IMG/VR virus record: IMGVR_UViG_3300021408_000001
Span: 68,905 to 132,904 of that record
Strand: one strand, 5' to 3'
Length of the DNA stretch: 64,000 nt
Source of the DNA: a virus
Lineage: Duplodnaviria; Caudoviricetes
Shown one piece after another: positions 30,268-38,776 of this stretch. The notes under the pieces are model-generated. The model was not told the origin of the DNA. It worked only from the letters and a program-made list of their open reading frames with translations, and made no database searches. A program made the position numbers and the translations under genes. How positions within the stretch are numbered: position 1 is the stretch's first letter; every line of letters begins with the position of its first letter.

Positions 30268-30522
30268 GTGGCTGCTGCATCACTAAAGAATATTGAAGGA
30301 TGGTACCAGAGTGGTATTGTCCGAGGTGCTACCCATATGTTGGTAGTTACTGATACTTGGACAATGGTAGACACTCCGATATTTGTTCTTCGATGGGATG
30401 ATGTCAACGAAGTCATTGCTAAGTATCTCAAGATGGAACATACCAAGATCCAAGAGGTTTATAATCTAAGCATGTTGTGGGCAGAGCAGAATACACCGCG
30501 TGAGAAGGTGTGGAATATTTAG
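30268..30522 (+). CDS. hypothetical protein
   Basis: GATHMLVVTD..EVYNL; TAG in next element. Confidence 0.7.
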   Translation: MAAASLKNIEGWYQSGIVRGATHMLVVTDTWTMVDTPIFVLRWDDVNEVIAKYLKMEHTKIQEVYNLSMLWAEQNTPREKVWNI

Positions 30523-30548
30523 TACTAGCTGAGGGTAGTGGGTAGCTC

Positions 30549-30677
30549 AGTCCTCTAGGACGTAAGGGCCTAGACGATGTGAGCATTGATAGTGGAGCTG
30601 CGTAGGACGGGAAACCTTGACGCAGAGTAAGACGGACGGCCTATAATGGAGCGAGTCTTACGGTCTATCGATGTTCG
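30549..30677 (+). ncRNA. candidate structured small RNA nested in the loop of a repeat element
   Basis: 129 nt enclosed by GGGTAGTGGGTAGCTC/GGGCTACCCACTGCTC; four internal helices. Confidence 0.55.
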
Positions 30678-30727
30678 GGGCTACCCACTGCTCAATTGTT
30701 AGTATTAACCAAGGGAAAGGGAAGTAA

Positions 30728-30949
30728 ATGGCAAGACTAGTCATCATGATTGATGTTAAGGGCATTGACCCTACGATCATGGATCCACAGGTGCTAGCGG
30801 AAGATATCGTTATGGATGGTCCAGAGTATTCTGACGGTGTTAGATTCACCATTGCTGATAATGCTGAATGGATCGCAGAAAACGATGATCCTCTAGCGTG
30901 GCGTAGATCAATGCGGAAGCTGAGTGATAAACTGTTTCCGGACGACTAG
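30728..30949 (+). CDS. hypothetical protein
   Basis: Element plus RBS; TAG in next element. Confidence 0.75.
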   Translation: MARLVIMIDVKGIDPTIMDPQVLAEDIVMDGPEYSDGVRFTIADNAEWIAENDDPLAWRRSMRKLSDKLFPDD

Positions 30950-31017
30950 TAATTGAGAGTGCACAGGAGGCCTGTGCATTCGATTGTTATTAGTACACAA
31001 GGGAAAGGGAAGCAACA

Positions 31018-31434
31018 ATGAGTGAATTTAGGCCTATTGGTACCGTTGAGACTTTTCGTGGTCGACAGTATGCCCTAGATGCAGAGATGCACAGTGAGCC
31101 ATTGGCCACCTGGGTTAGTGTTAATCCTGGTGTGTACACACTGTACAGTAATGGACTTAGCACTTTCTGGATGATGAAGGGTCAGATCGTTACCAACTAT
31201 ATGAATCGTATGGGAGACGGTATGTTTTCCGTAGGTGGCCCAATGACTGACGATAGTCGTCCTGAGGTTGTGTTCCCATCTAGAGTCTTTGGGATCGATG
31301 AGTGGGATGACTTTGTCAACCGGGACGTAACCACCAGGGAAGGTCACCCAGAGCAGCGAGTTCGCATCCTGATTGATCAGGCAGCTATTGATGGATACGC
31401 TGCAATCGATAAGCTTAAGGAGTCAGATGGCTGA
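31018..31434 (+). CDS. hypothetical protein
   Basis: Element plus RBS. Confidence 0.75.
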   Translation: MSEFRPIGTVETFRGRQYALDAEMHSEPLATWVSVNPGVYTLYSNGLSTFWMMKGQIVTNYMNRMGDGMFSVGGPMTDDSRPEVVFPSRVFGIDEWDDFVNRDVTTREGHPEQRVRILIDQAAIDGYAAIDKLKESDG

Positions 31435-31896
31435 GCAGCAGAAACTTATTTACACCATTGATGGTGAGCCGTACGTGGGTACTTTGCATAGCTATGCTAA
31501 TGCCCTAAAGAACGGATTCTACACAGGAGTAGAGATCAGTGATGGTGTTTGGATCGTTGAGTATGGTCACATGCGATTCATTGAGCCTACAGAACAGGCA
31601 TCACAAGGTGATGATTATCTCATTCGAGAGCTGACATTGCCTAACGGTGAGTCGGCTAGGTATAGGGTAGACCTACGTGGCTAGAAATGTAGCTATCGTT
31701 TTTAGACTAGCGGAAGATGTTACCCCAGAAATCTTCTCTGCTAAGGTGTTTCATACCTTGGTAGCAAATGGTGTTCTTCGAGAATATGAAGGACTAGAAG
31801 AGCTACATAGCGGTTATAAATGGACAATCAACCCTCATCAGGTTGAGGAGATTATGACCGCTGTCGATACCTTCATGACATCGGTGAGAGGTAAGG

Positions 31897-32424
31897 ATGA
31901 CTGATCATACGAAGTGGGAAGATATTAAGGCAGATAGAACCAAGCCGGGATACGTAGTTTGGACTGGCAAGAACGCTGAGGAAGTTGAGGCGTTCGCTAC
32001 TAATGCTAATTTTGGCTTTGTCATTGGTTCCTATAGGACCAATAGACGGCCGCCATTTCACAAGCTAATTGCTAGAATTGCCGCCAAGCTCGAAATTTTC
32101 TCTCTTGGTGGTGAAGATAAGCGACTTCTTGAAATCTTTCCGGATCGTAAGGAATCCCGAGAGGAAATTGAGAAGGAAACCGAAAAGATCATTAGCGTAA
32201 CTGGTAAGCTAAACGCTGCGTACAGTCGCATTGAATTTGTTGATACAAAGATGATGCGGAAGATTCGTGAGCTATTCAATGAGGCTGATGAGGGTGATTA
32301 TGTACCCTGGCACTGGACACTCGCTAGTCCTGGTGACAGAATCTACCATGATGGTACGGTAGAGAAGCCTGCCATGAGTAGAATTCGCACGAACCTAGAA
32401 GAAAGACGAGGTTCAGAAACCTAG
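31897..32424 (+). CDS. hypothetical protein
   Basis: Overlap-coupled; 175 aa. Confidence 0.7.
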   Translation: MTDHTKWEDIKADRTKPGYVVWTGKNAEEVEAFATNANFGFVIGSYRTNRRPPFHKLIARIAAKLEIFSLGGEDKRLLEIFPDRKESREEIEKETEKIISVTGKLNAAYSRIEFVDTKMMRKIRELFNEADEGDYVPWHWTLASPGDRIYHDGTVEKPAMSRIRTNLEERRGSET

Positions 32425-33483
32425 AGTGTGGTTACTAGCTATATTAATTGGCGGTGTAGCAATGGCCGTAATGGTTTTTATGGTGGTACACTCCATTGTA
32501 AAAAGGTAATGATTGAGGGTGCACAGGGGAACTTGTGCATCCAATTGTCATTATCAATAGGGAAAGGGAAAGTATGGAGGAATTTAAGATAGGGGACATC
32601 GTTGAGGTAGATGGTGAAACTGTCTATCATATGCACGAAGATACACTCCGAGGAACTATCGAAAAGATTTCCCCGGGGCTATTTGATATTCCTCTTTACC
32701 TAGTTCAATTTAGGGATTTCACTTTTTGGCTCTATGCTCATCATTTGACTGAGGTTAATTAGCATGAGTGATCTTGACGTACAAGTTGAGGGTCTAGCTA
32801 GACTCAATTCTAATTGGGATAGTCATGGTGGCACACCACCTACCCATGAAGCTATTAAAACTCTATGTAATATAGTCTTTGTGCCACTGCCCAATGGTGG
32901 TATTCAGGTTGAGATAGATGATGGTGATGTCTACGTGGAGACTGAGATTGCCCCGGATGGGAATATAGTCTACACCATGAAGTTTAGCAAACACAAAGGA
33001 AAGTGAGGTGATAACAAAATGAAGTTAAAGAAAGGTGATCGTGTCGAGCTTCTAGACAAGTTCAGGAACGCCCCATTCCAGGGACATACTGGAACCGTGC
33101 TAAGGCGCGGCAAAATTGGTCGAATGTGGCATGTCAAGTTAGATATGCCTGGCTTAATGGGGCAGACAATGGCTAGGGTTCCAACTAGTGGCCTACAGAA
33201 GATCCAGCAGGCCTAGCGAATTCAGGTGCCCCGGAGCGACGCATGGCACCCCCTACGTTGCCTCCTAAGGCTCTCCCAGAGGTCGGAAGGTCCGAGAGTG
33301 CCGGGAACCCTGATTCGGCCGCATTGGCCCCTAGAATGCCCCAGAATCGATTTGGTGGACGGAGCGTGAGATCGAACTACGGAACGTGTGATTCTAGTGC
33401 TAGCTAAGAGCTAACAAGTTCAAAACAAAAGGACAACCTTGTTGGCTCGATTGTTACTACTAGATATAAGGAAAGGGGTAGCG

Positions 33484-33885
33484 ATGGATGACGAAAAGGT
33501 AAATGCACTAGATAGGGAAGCTAGATCTATTGAGTACCTAGCCGAACGGCTAAAAGAAAGCCTTGATCGTGCACCTATTGGTATCTTGCCCAGGCAGGAT
33601 ATTGATACAATCTTGCACCATGCCAAAAGAATTCAGACGACGTTATATGATAACCTAGACGAAGATCTAGGTGAACCAGCACCAACACTGGTACCTGTTA
33701 AAGTTCGAGTAGAGTTGACGAAGACAGATACTGGGTTTGTCACTGTTGAGATTCTTGATCCAGTTAGTGTTCATGAGGTAATGGAAGCTACCAAAGAATA
33801 CTTCGCCATTGATCCTCTAGCGGTGTATGAAGTCGAAGAGGGTTCATGGGAAGTGTTAGATTGGAATGAGGTTGAAAGTATCTGA
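33484..33885 (+). CDS. hypothetical protein
   Basis: Element plus RBS. Confidence 0.7.
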   Translation: MDDEKVNALDREARSIEYLAERLKESLDRAPIGILPRQDIDTILHHAKRIQTTLYDNLDEDLGEPAPTLVPVKVRVELTKTDTGFVTVEILDPVSVHEVMEATKEYFAIDPLAVYEVEEGSWEVLDWNEVESI

Positions 33886-34032
33886 TCATCTTGTAGAGCA
33901 CGCCTTGATCGTCTTTCAAGGGCAAGCATTTGAAGGTGGCGACGCAAGAGATAATGCTAGAGAAGCAATGAGGATGGCACTAGAAGCAGTAATTAAAGAT
34001 CTTGCTGCGTTACTCGGGTACGACGAAGAGTC

Positions 34033-34087
34033 TTAGCCGTACAAAAGCACCCTGTGAAATATTCACAGGGTGCTTTTGTACGGCTAA
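34033..34087. terminator. bidirectional terminator-like perfect inverted repeat (26-bp arms)
   Basis: TTAGCCGTACAAAAGCACCCTGTGAA-ATA-TTCACAGGGTGCTTTTGTACGGCTAA between convergent ORFs. Confidence 0.75.
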
Positions 34088-34099
34088 AACTAAAAAAGC

Positions 34100-34255
34100 C
34101 TACTCGTTCTCATTTGAGGGAGTAGGCTCGTGTCCAGGGTTAGGCTGTGTGTTAGGATTGGGATTTGGCTCCGGAGTAGGGTTATCCGGGAAATCTGGAT
34201 CGGTAGTTTCCTTAACAGGAGGGCCGTCCGGAACTGGTGTATCGCGTACAGACAT
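34100..34255 (-). CDS. Pro/Asn-rich small protein (51 aa)
   Basis: AAAGGAATGAGG RBS on - strand; MSVRDTPVPDGPP..PEPNPNPN; ends at the terminator. Confidence 0.55.
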   Translation of the reverse strand: MSVRDTPVPDGPPVKETTDPDFPDNPTPEPNPNPNTQPNPGHEPTPSNENE

Positions 34256-34349
34256 CAGAACCTCATTCCTTTAATAAAGGTTAGTTCCACCCGCTCTGTA
34301 CTATGTACCCAGGAACTAGCTCATATATACCCGGTCCTTAACGGCTGCG

Positions 34350-34376
34350 CCGACTCGGCTCGCAGTCAGGTATAAT
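34350..34376 (+). promoter_or_regulatory. sigma70/SigA-like -10 (GGTATAAT) upstream of the DUF3987-like gene
   Basis: Consensus TATAAT in intergenic DNA; similar sites near 52768, 56600, 61468. Confidence 0.45.
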
Positions 34377-34462
34377 GAGGGCCTAGAACGTCAAAGCCCC
34401 CCGTCCTGTGCAACCAGGTCCGGGGGGCGTGCCGAGCACCACAGGGAAAGGGTTAATCCGCA

Positions 34463-35836
34463 ATGCTCGACAAGGAAGATGATACCGGGAATGGGGGCAC
34501 GTCCACCATTCCTGGGAGTTTCCTCGTAAACTCGTTTCCTCGTAGCACACCGACGCTCGCCGAGGAGGCCTTCCATGGCCTGGCGGGCGACATTGTGCGT
34601 ACTATCGAGCCTCACTCGGAAGCCGATCCCGCTGCACTACTACTTCACTTTTTGGTATTTTACGGTAATGCGGTAGGTAACGGCCCTTATATCGAGCTAG
34701 GCTCTGATAATCAACCGTCACGTTTGTTCGCAGTGGTCGTTGGTGATGCTGCATTGGGGCGTAAGGGTACGGCTGGCTCAGAAATTGAGCGTCTTATGAG
34801 GGATGCTGATCGTAAGTGGTACAATCGTGCCCTTACTAGTGGTCTTCAATCCTCCGAGGCTATCGTAACTGCCGTTGATGATGAGATGGGGCAAAGCAAG
34901 GACTTGCTAATTTATTACTCTGAGTTCGGTGGACTTTTGTCTGCTATGAATCGGCGTGATAACATCTCTGATACCCTTAAGCTTGCCTATGATGGTAAGA
35001 CGCTTAAGATTCGTACTAAGCATCATAATGGTTGGCGTACTGCGTCGCATGCTCACATTTCGGTGATGGGTCATGTGACTCCTAGTATTCTGGCTGATCG
35101 ACTGTCTAGTGCAGAAATTGCTAGTGGTTTCGCTAATCGTTTCATTTACTTCGCAGTGGAAAGGTCAAAGCTGCTTTCTCGGCCGAGGCCTATCCCGGAG
35201 GAGACTCGCGAATCGATGGCTGATAGGGTAGATGAATCTCTGTACTGGGTTAACGACTTCGTATTTGCAGGTGTTGATCCTATTAGTGCTGATCTTTATA
35301 GGCATTTCGGAAGAAAGCCTAAGCGAGAGATGCATCTTAGCGATGCTGCCTGGGACTATTGGGACGAGCTTTATCTTGTGCTAAGTGAGAAGCGCCCCGG
35401 TGTTGTGGGTGAACTAATGGGTCGTGCCCCGGCTAATGTTATCCGCCTTGCATTGATCTATGCTCTACTAGACAAATCCATTGTAATTGACGTGCCTCAC
35501 TTGAAGGCCGCAAAAGCTGTTATGGACTATTCTGAGGAATCTATTGCTCAAGTCTTCGCAGGCATCACTGGCGACCACCAGGTAGACAGAGTACTATACG
35601 AGCTTTCTACGGCTGTAAACCAGACTCTAAGTCGTAATAACATTCTTAATATCTTCAATAGAAATCTTTCTGTTGCTCAAGTTACTAAGGTTATCGAACG
35701 ACTTATGGAAACTGGCCTAGTGACTCATACAAGAGGCACCACTGGGCCACGTGGAGGGCGTCCTCCGGATCTCTACACCCTTACGAGGGAACGAGGGAAC
35801 GAGGAAACTACCCTTGAAATCCCAGAGCCAAAGTAG
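34463..35836 (+). CDS. DUF3987/YfjI-like P-loop protein (primase-helicase associated)
   Basis: HSEADP..LFAVVVGD..GRKGT (Walker A-like), SEFG, SGFANRF, C-terminal winged-helix-like GGRP. Confidence 0.75.
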   Translation: MLDKEDDTGNGGTSTIPGSFLVNSFPRSTPTLAEEAFHGLAGDIVRTIEPHSEADPAALLLHFLVFYGNAVGNGPYIELGSDNQPSRLFAVVVGDAALGRKGTAGSEIERLMRDADRKWYNRALTSGLQSSEAIVTAVDDEMGQSKDLLIYYSEFGGLLSAMNRRDNISDTLKLAYDGKTLKIRTKHHNGWRTASHAHISVMGHVTPSILADRLSSAEIASGFANRFIYFAVERSKLLSRPRPIPEETRESMADRVDESLYWVNDFVFAGVDPISADLYRHFGRKPKREMHLSDAAWDYWDELYLVLSEKRPGVVGELMGRAPANVIRLALIYALLDKSIVIDVPHLKAAKAVMDYSEESIAQVFAGITGDHQVDRVLYELSTAVNQTLSRNNILNIFNRNLSVAQVTKVIERLMETGLVTHTRGTTGPRGGRPPDLYTLTRERGNEETTLEIPEPK

Positions 35837-36110
35837 GCATACTCTCTACAGATTGTTTGGGGGGACTGGTGAACTGTTATATATTGGAAGAACGATTAGT
35901 CCACGTCTTAGGCTCAAGCAACATGAAGCCACCAAAGATTGGTGGGACGAGGTTGCATTCATAACGTTAAAGAAATTCGGTACACTAGAAGAACTAAGTG
36001 ATGCCGAGTTTACTGCTATAAATACAGAGAATCCGAAATTCAATGCGGCCAAAGAACTTTTTGGGGAATTTGCCAATCTTAATTTTCCAGAGAAGGAGAA
36101 TGACAAGTGA
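35814..36110 (+). CDS. GIY-YIG nuclease family protein
   Basis: LYRLF..LLYIGRT..RLKQH..E..AI..ENPKFN; start could be further upstream (35751). Confidence 0.8.
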   Translation: MKSQSQSRHTLYRLFGGTGELLYIGRTISPRLRLKQHEATKDWWDEVAFITLKKFGTLEELSDAEFTAINTENPKFNAAKELFGEFANLNFPEKENDK

Positions 36111-36271
36111 ACATCGGTGAAGAACAAAACCCTATCGAAGTGCCTGAGCCGCTGAGTCCAGAGCGAGAGCCGATTAAGGAACCTTCTCCTCCGGTTAAGG
36201 AGCCAGTTCCGGCTAAGACGGTTTATGCCAACGAGGTACCCTTTGTGCGTCCAACGGTAACTATTAGTTAG
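36107..36271 (+). CDS. Pro/Glu-rich small protein (54 aa)
   Basis: GTGA overlap, AAGGAG RBS; MNIGEEQNPIEVPEP; TAG abuts the last element. Confidence 0.6.
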   Translation: MNIGEEQNPIEVPEPLSPEREPIKEPSPPVKEPVPAKTVYANEVPFVRPTVTIS

Positions 36272-36345
36272 TAGTACTACCTAAGAACTAGCAAGCTAGG
36301 CTTGCTAGTTCGACTGGTAATATTACAGAAAGGGAAAGGGATGAA

Positions 36346-36621
36346 ATGGAAAAGGGTCCTATTGAACTCACACCATGGTATGTGATAGCCATTATTGATC
36401 GGGAAGTTAACTCTGACGAAGAAGCCTCACTAGCCAAGCTAAATATATCCATCGTTGCTCATGATGATGGACATACGGCTATAACAGGGCATCACACTAC
36501 CGCAACCATTGCGCTCGCGGTAGTAGCTCACTTCGTCACGATCGAAGCTGCTATTAAGACCCCAGATCGAAAGTATGAAATTACTGAAGTCAGGGCATGG
36601 CCAAAGGATCAAGTATTCTGA
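36346..36621 (+). CDS. hypothetical protein
   Basis: Last element plus RBS. Confidence 0.7.
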   Translation: MEKGPIELTPWYVIAIIDREVNSDEEASLAKLNISIVAHDDGHTAITGHHTTATIALAVVAHFVTIEAAIKTPDRKYEITEVRAWPKDQVF

Positions 36622-37305
36622 TGATTAAATGGGATGTTATCCACGTATTTGAAGGTAGAATGACCAGCGATCAAAAGGATGCAGTTAACAACCTTTCAGT
36701 CGCTACCGGCGTGTACAATGCTAGCGGTGATAGAAGCATCATTGGTATGCATATCATAGCTGAGTACGCTACGATAGCTGCGATGAGGGCTGGTGAGCTT
36801 ATCCGGAACACTCTGGATAGAGAGCACTTAGATGTGCACTCAATCACTATTAAGCGTGCTTGATGGATAATCGACGGTTCATACCTCTAGCAGTCCGCAG
36901 ATGGATAATAACTGTAGCTGGCACTATCGTGCTGATATCGCTGGTTGTATATTCTGGACTCCTAGCTTTCGTTACTATAATAGCTACCATTCTTACGATG
37001 GCGGCTGTTATGAGCTTAATTGTAGATAGGGGTAAAAATGAGGCATGACAAAGTAACAACTGTCCATGCTACAACTGCCCCACCTGAACCTAGCCAAGCT
37101 GAGATTGAGCATGTACGTAGATATATGGACGGTGAGCTTTGTGATTCCTGTTGGGCTGAACTATCTTTAGAAGAACGTCAAAGTGATTGGACAATCTTCT
37201 GGCGAAACAAGGGTAGTGAAGGTCCGTATCAAGCTTGTTTCAAATGCTATGATGACAAGCTTGAACTGACGGATTTCGGTCAATAAAAGCGGAAAGGGAT
37301 TTAGT

Positions 37306-37917
37306 ATGAGCGAAGATGTTGTTAAAATTCCAGACACCGCTGAGCCTATGCTTGGCTTTCGTGTTTGGAGGTTCCGAGAAGATGATTTGACGCTATGGTC
37401 TGTGACTAAGGGTAATCCCAAGGATGTAGACAAGAAGCGAGAGCTTCTTAGTGGCACTACGCCAAATGGTTATTGGCCTAAGAAGATGGGTCCTATGGGA
37501 ACCTCAGTTCTTGAGGCCAAGTGCCTGGCTAATAACGACCATCATGTGCCGGACAAGAACTGCACATGTGGAATCTATGCCACCTATGACAGCGCGGTTA
37601 TTGCACAGTACATTCTACAAGGCCCTGTGCTAGGCCTTGTCCAGGGGTATGGGACGGTCGTTCCCGGAGAGGCGAACGACGAAACCCTGGGCGGATTCCG
37701 GGCGGAGAAGGCTAAGCTGGTGGCGCTGTTCGAGATTTCTCCGGACTTCACCATTCCCCGGAGACAGCTTCACAGGGTGGGACAGGAATATGGTGTTCCT
37801 GTCATTGTCCCCTGGTCTGTACATGCTGGCGATTATGCCGCTGCGGTTCGTGAGAACACTTTGGTGTCATTGGCCAATGCAGCGCGGGCGCAGTGGTCAC
37901 CAGGTGAGCTTGACTAA
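37306..37917 (+). CDS. conserved-looking hypothetical metal-binding protein
   Basis: GFRVWR..C..H.P..CTCGIYA..GFRAE motifs; GGAAAGGGA RBS. Confidence 0.75.
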   Translation: MSEDVVKIPDTAEPMLGFRVWRFREDDLTLWSVTKGNPKDVDKKRELLSGTTPNGYWPKKMGPMGTSVLEAKCLANNDHHVPDKNCTCGIYATYDSAVIAQYILQGPVLGLVQGYGTVVPGEANDETLGGFRAEKAKLVALFEISPDFTIPRRQLHRVGQEYGVPVIVPWSVHAGDYAAAVRENTLVSLANAARAQWSPGELD

Positions 37918-38464
37918 TGAGAGTGCGAAACAATAAGAATAAGCCTCATCAGCACAAATGGTCTAGATGGCTTGTTGATTTCGTTATCATGAACTTAACT
38001 ATTCACAAAATCCGATATCGTGATTGCAAGTGTGGAGCACTTCAAAGACATGACATCACCACAGGCGAAATCACCATTTGGGAATCTGATGGTGTGAATT
38101 CTGGTCTGTTGGATAGAGGCATAACTAGGCAGACTTATGAAGAACTAGATGGGCCTTGGTAATATGAGAACAGAGAAAATCAAGCTCGACTACGAAGGCC
38201 TTCGATGGGATGGTACCATCGAAGGCGCGAGGGAAATTTGCGTTGCTATCGAGGATACTAAGCCCTCGTGGGATATTAGGGAGTCGCCTTATAGCAAGTT
38301 TGATGAGGCTACTACTTTAACTCTGACGATTGTCGAGATACTTTTCGGTTCTGGCTCTAGATCATGGGAACTTAAGGCTGGAGATTTGCTAGCCTGTTGC
38401 GCCGTTGATGGGACGCTAAGACCGGAGAGAGTAATCAAGGCTCACGAAGTTTAGTGAGCCATTT

Positions 38465-38538
38465 GCGGGTGTAGCTCAGTTGGATAGAGCACTTGATTAC
38501 GGATCAAGGTGCCGGGAGTTCGAATCTCTCCACCCGCG
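38465..38538 (+). tRNA. tRNA-Arg(ACG)
   Basis: Cloverleaf GCGGGTG/CACCCGC; anticodon loop TT-ACG-GA. Confidence 0.93.
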
Positions 38539-38776
38539 CTAAAAAAGGATTTGACGATGTCATATAAAGGGGTAGTTTATTTTTATGTAGCGTTTCTAGT
38601 AATTGAGTTATTATATCTAATACTAACTATATCAATGCTGTTCCTTACGACCATTGTCGTAAGGCGCAGAAGAAAGTACGTTCTACTTGAATTGGAAAAG
38701 ATTCAAATAGATCCAATCAGTAGATACTTGTATATCAAAAAAGCTAAGTATCCTAAGAAAATATTGGGGAAAGACG

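Larger units (their letters stand above)
4421..36326 (+). repeat. dispersed array of ~55 intergenic stem-loop elements (outer stem-YTGA-inner hairpin-RATTG-outer stem), mostly followed by GGGAAAGGGA RBS
   Basis: Approximate starts: 4421,4828,5218,5486,5860,6076,6274,6736,7117,7399,7661,8550,8868,9181,9499,9734,9995,10214,10612,11218,11778,12032,12598,13112,13501,13741,14237,14921,15342,16053,16311,17028,17649,18191,18584,19221,19841,20294,20852,21178,21605,22418,22690,23740,24428,25273,25579,26157,27539,28891,30520,30945,32505,33394,36272. Confidence 0.95.

Noticed and set aside
30593-30662. c-di-GMP-I (GEMM) riboswitch
   Set aside because: A GAAA hairpin followed by GACGCAGAG and CGGCCTA is only superficially similar; the 5' GGCAAAC internal-loop strand is missing. 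An Rfam scan would settle it.
4421-30949. Stop-codon recoding (TAG read-through or SECIS-directed UGA)
   Set aside because: TAGs fall at natural gene ends followed by a fresh RBS and start, the conserved TGA is in varying frames, and no suppressor or Sec tRNA was seen.
5240-33885. N-terminal extensions in the ORF track (..LLL..GKG/REREK..)
   Set aside because: They are translations of the repeat element and RBS; true starts lie just after GGGAAAGGGA.
4421-36326. CRISPR array
   Set aside because: Repeats are not sequence-identical, the intervening segments are whole genes of 130 to >1000 bp, and no cas genes are visible.
4421-36326. Hammerhead ribozymes (CUGA core)
   Set aside because: CTGANGA occurs only in some copies, and the required GAAA after stem II and three-way junction are absent.
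4421-36326. Simple intrinsic terminators
   Set aside because: No U-tracts, no room for a promoter before the next RBS, and a conserved internal loop that terminators do not need. Partial attenuation cannot be excluded.
4421-36326. Canonical integron attC sites
   Set aside because: No conserved RYYYAAC/GTTRRRY ends and no tyrosine recombinase in this window; only the architecture is analogous.
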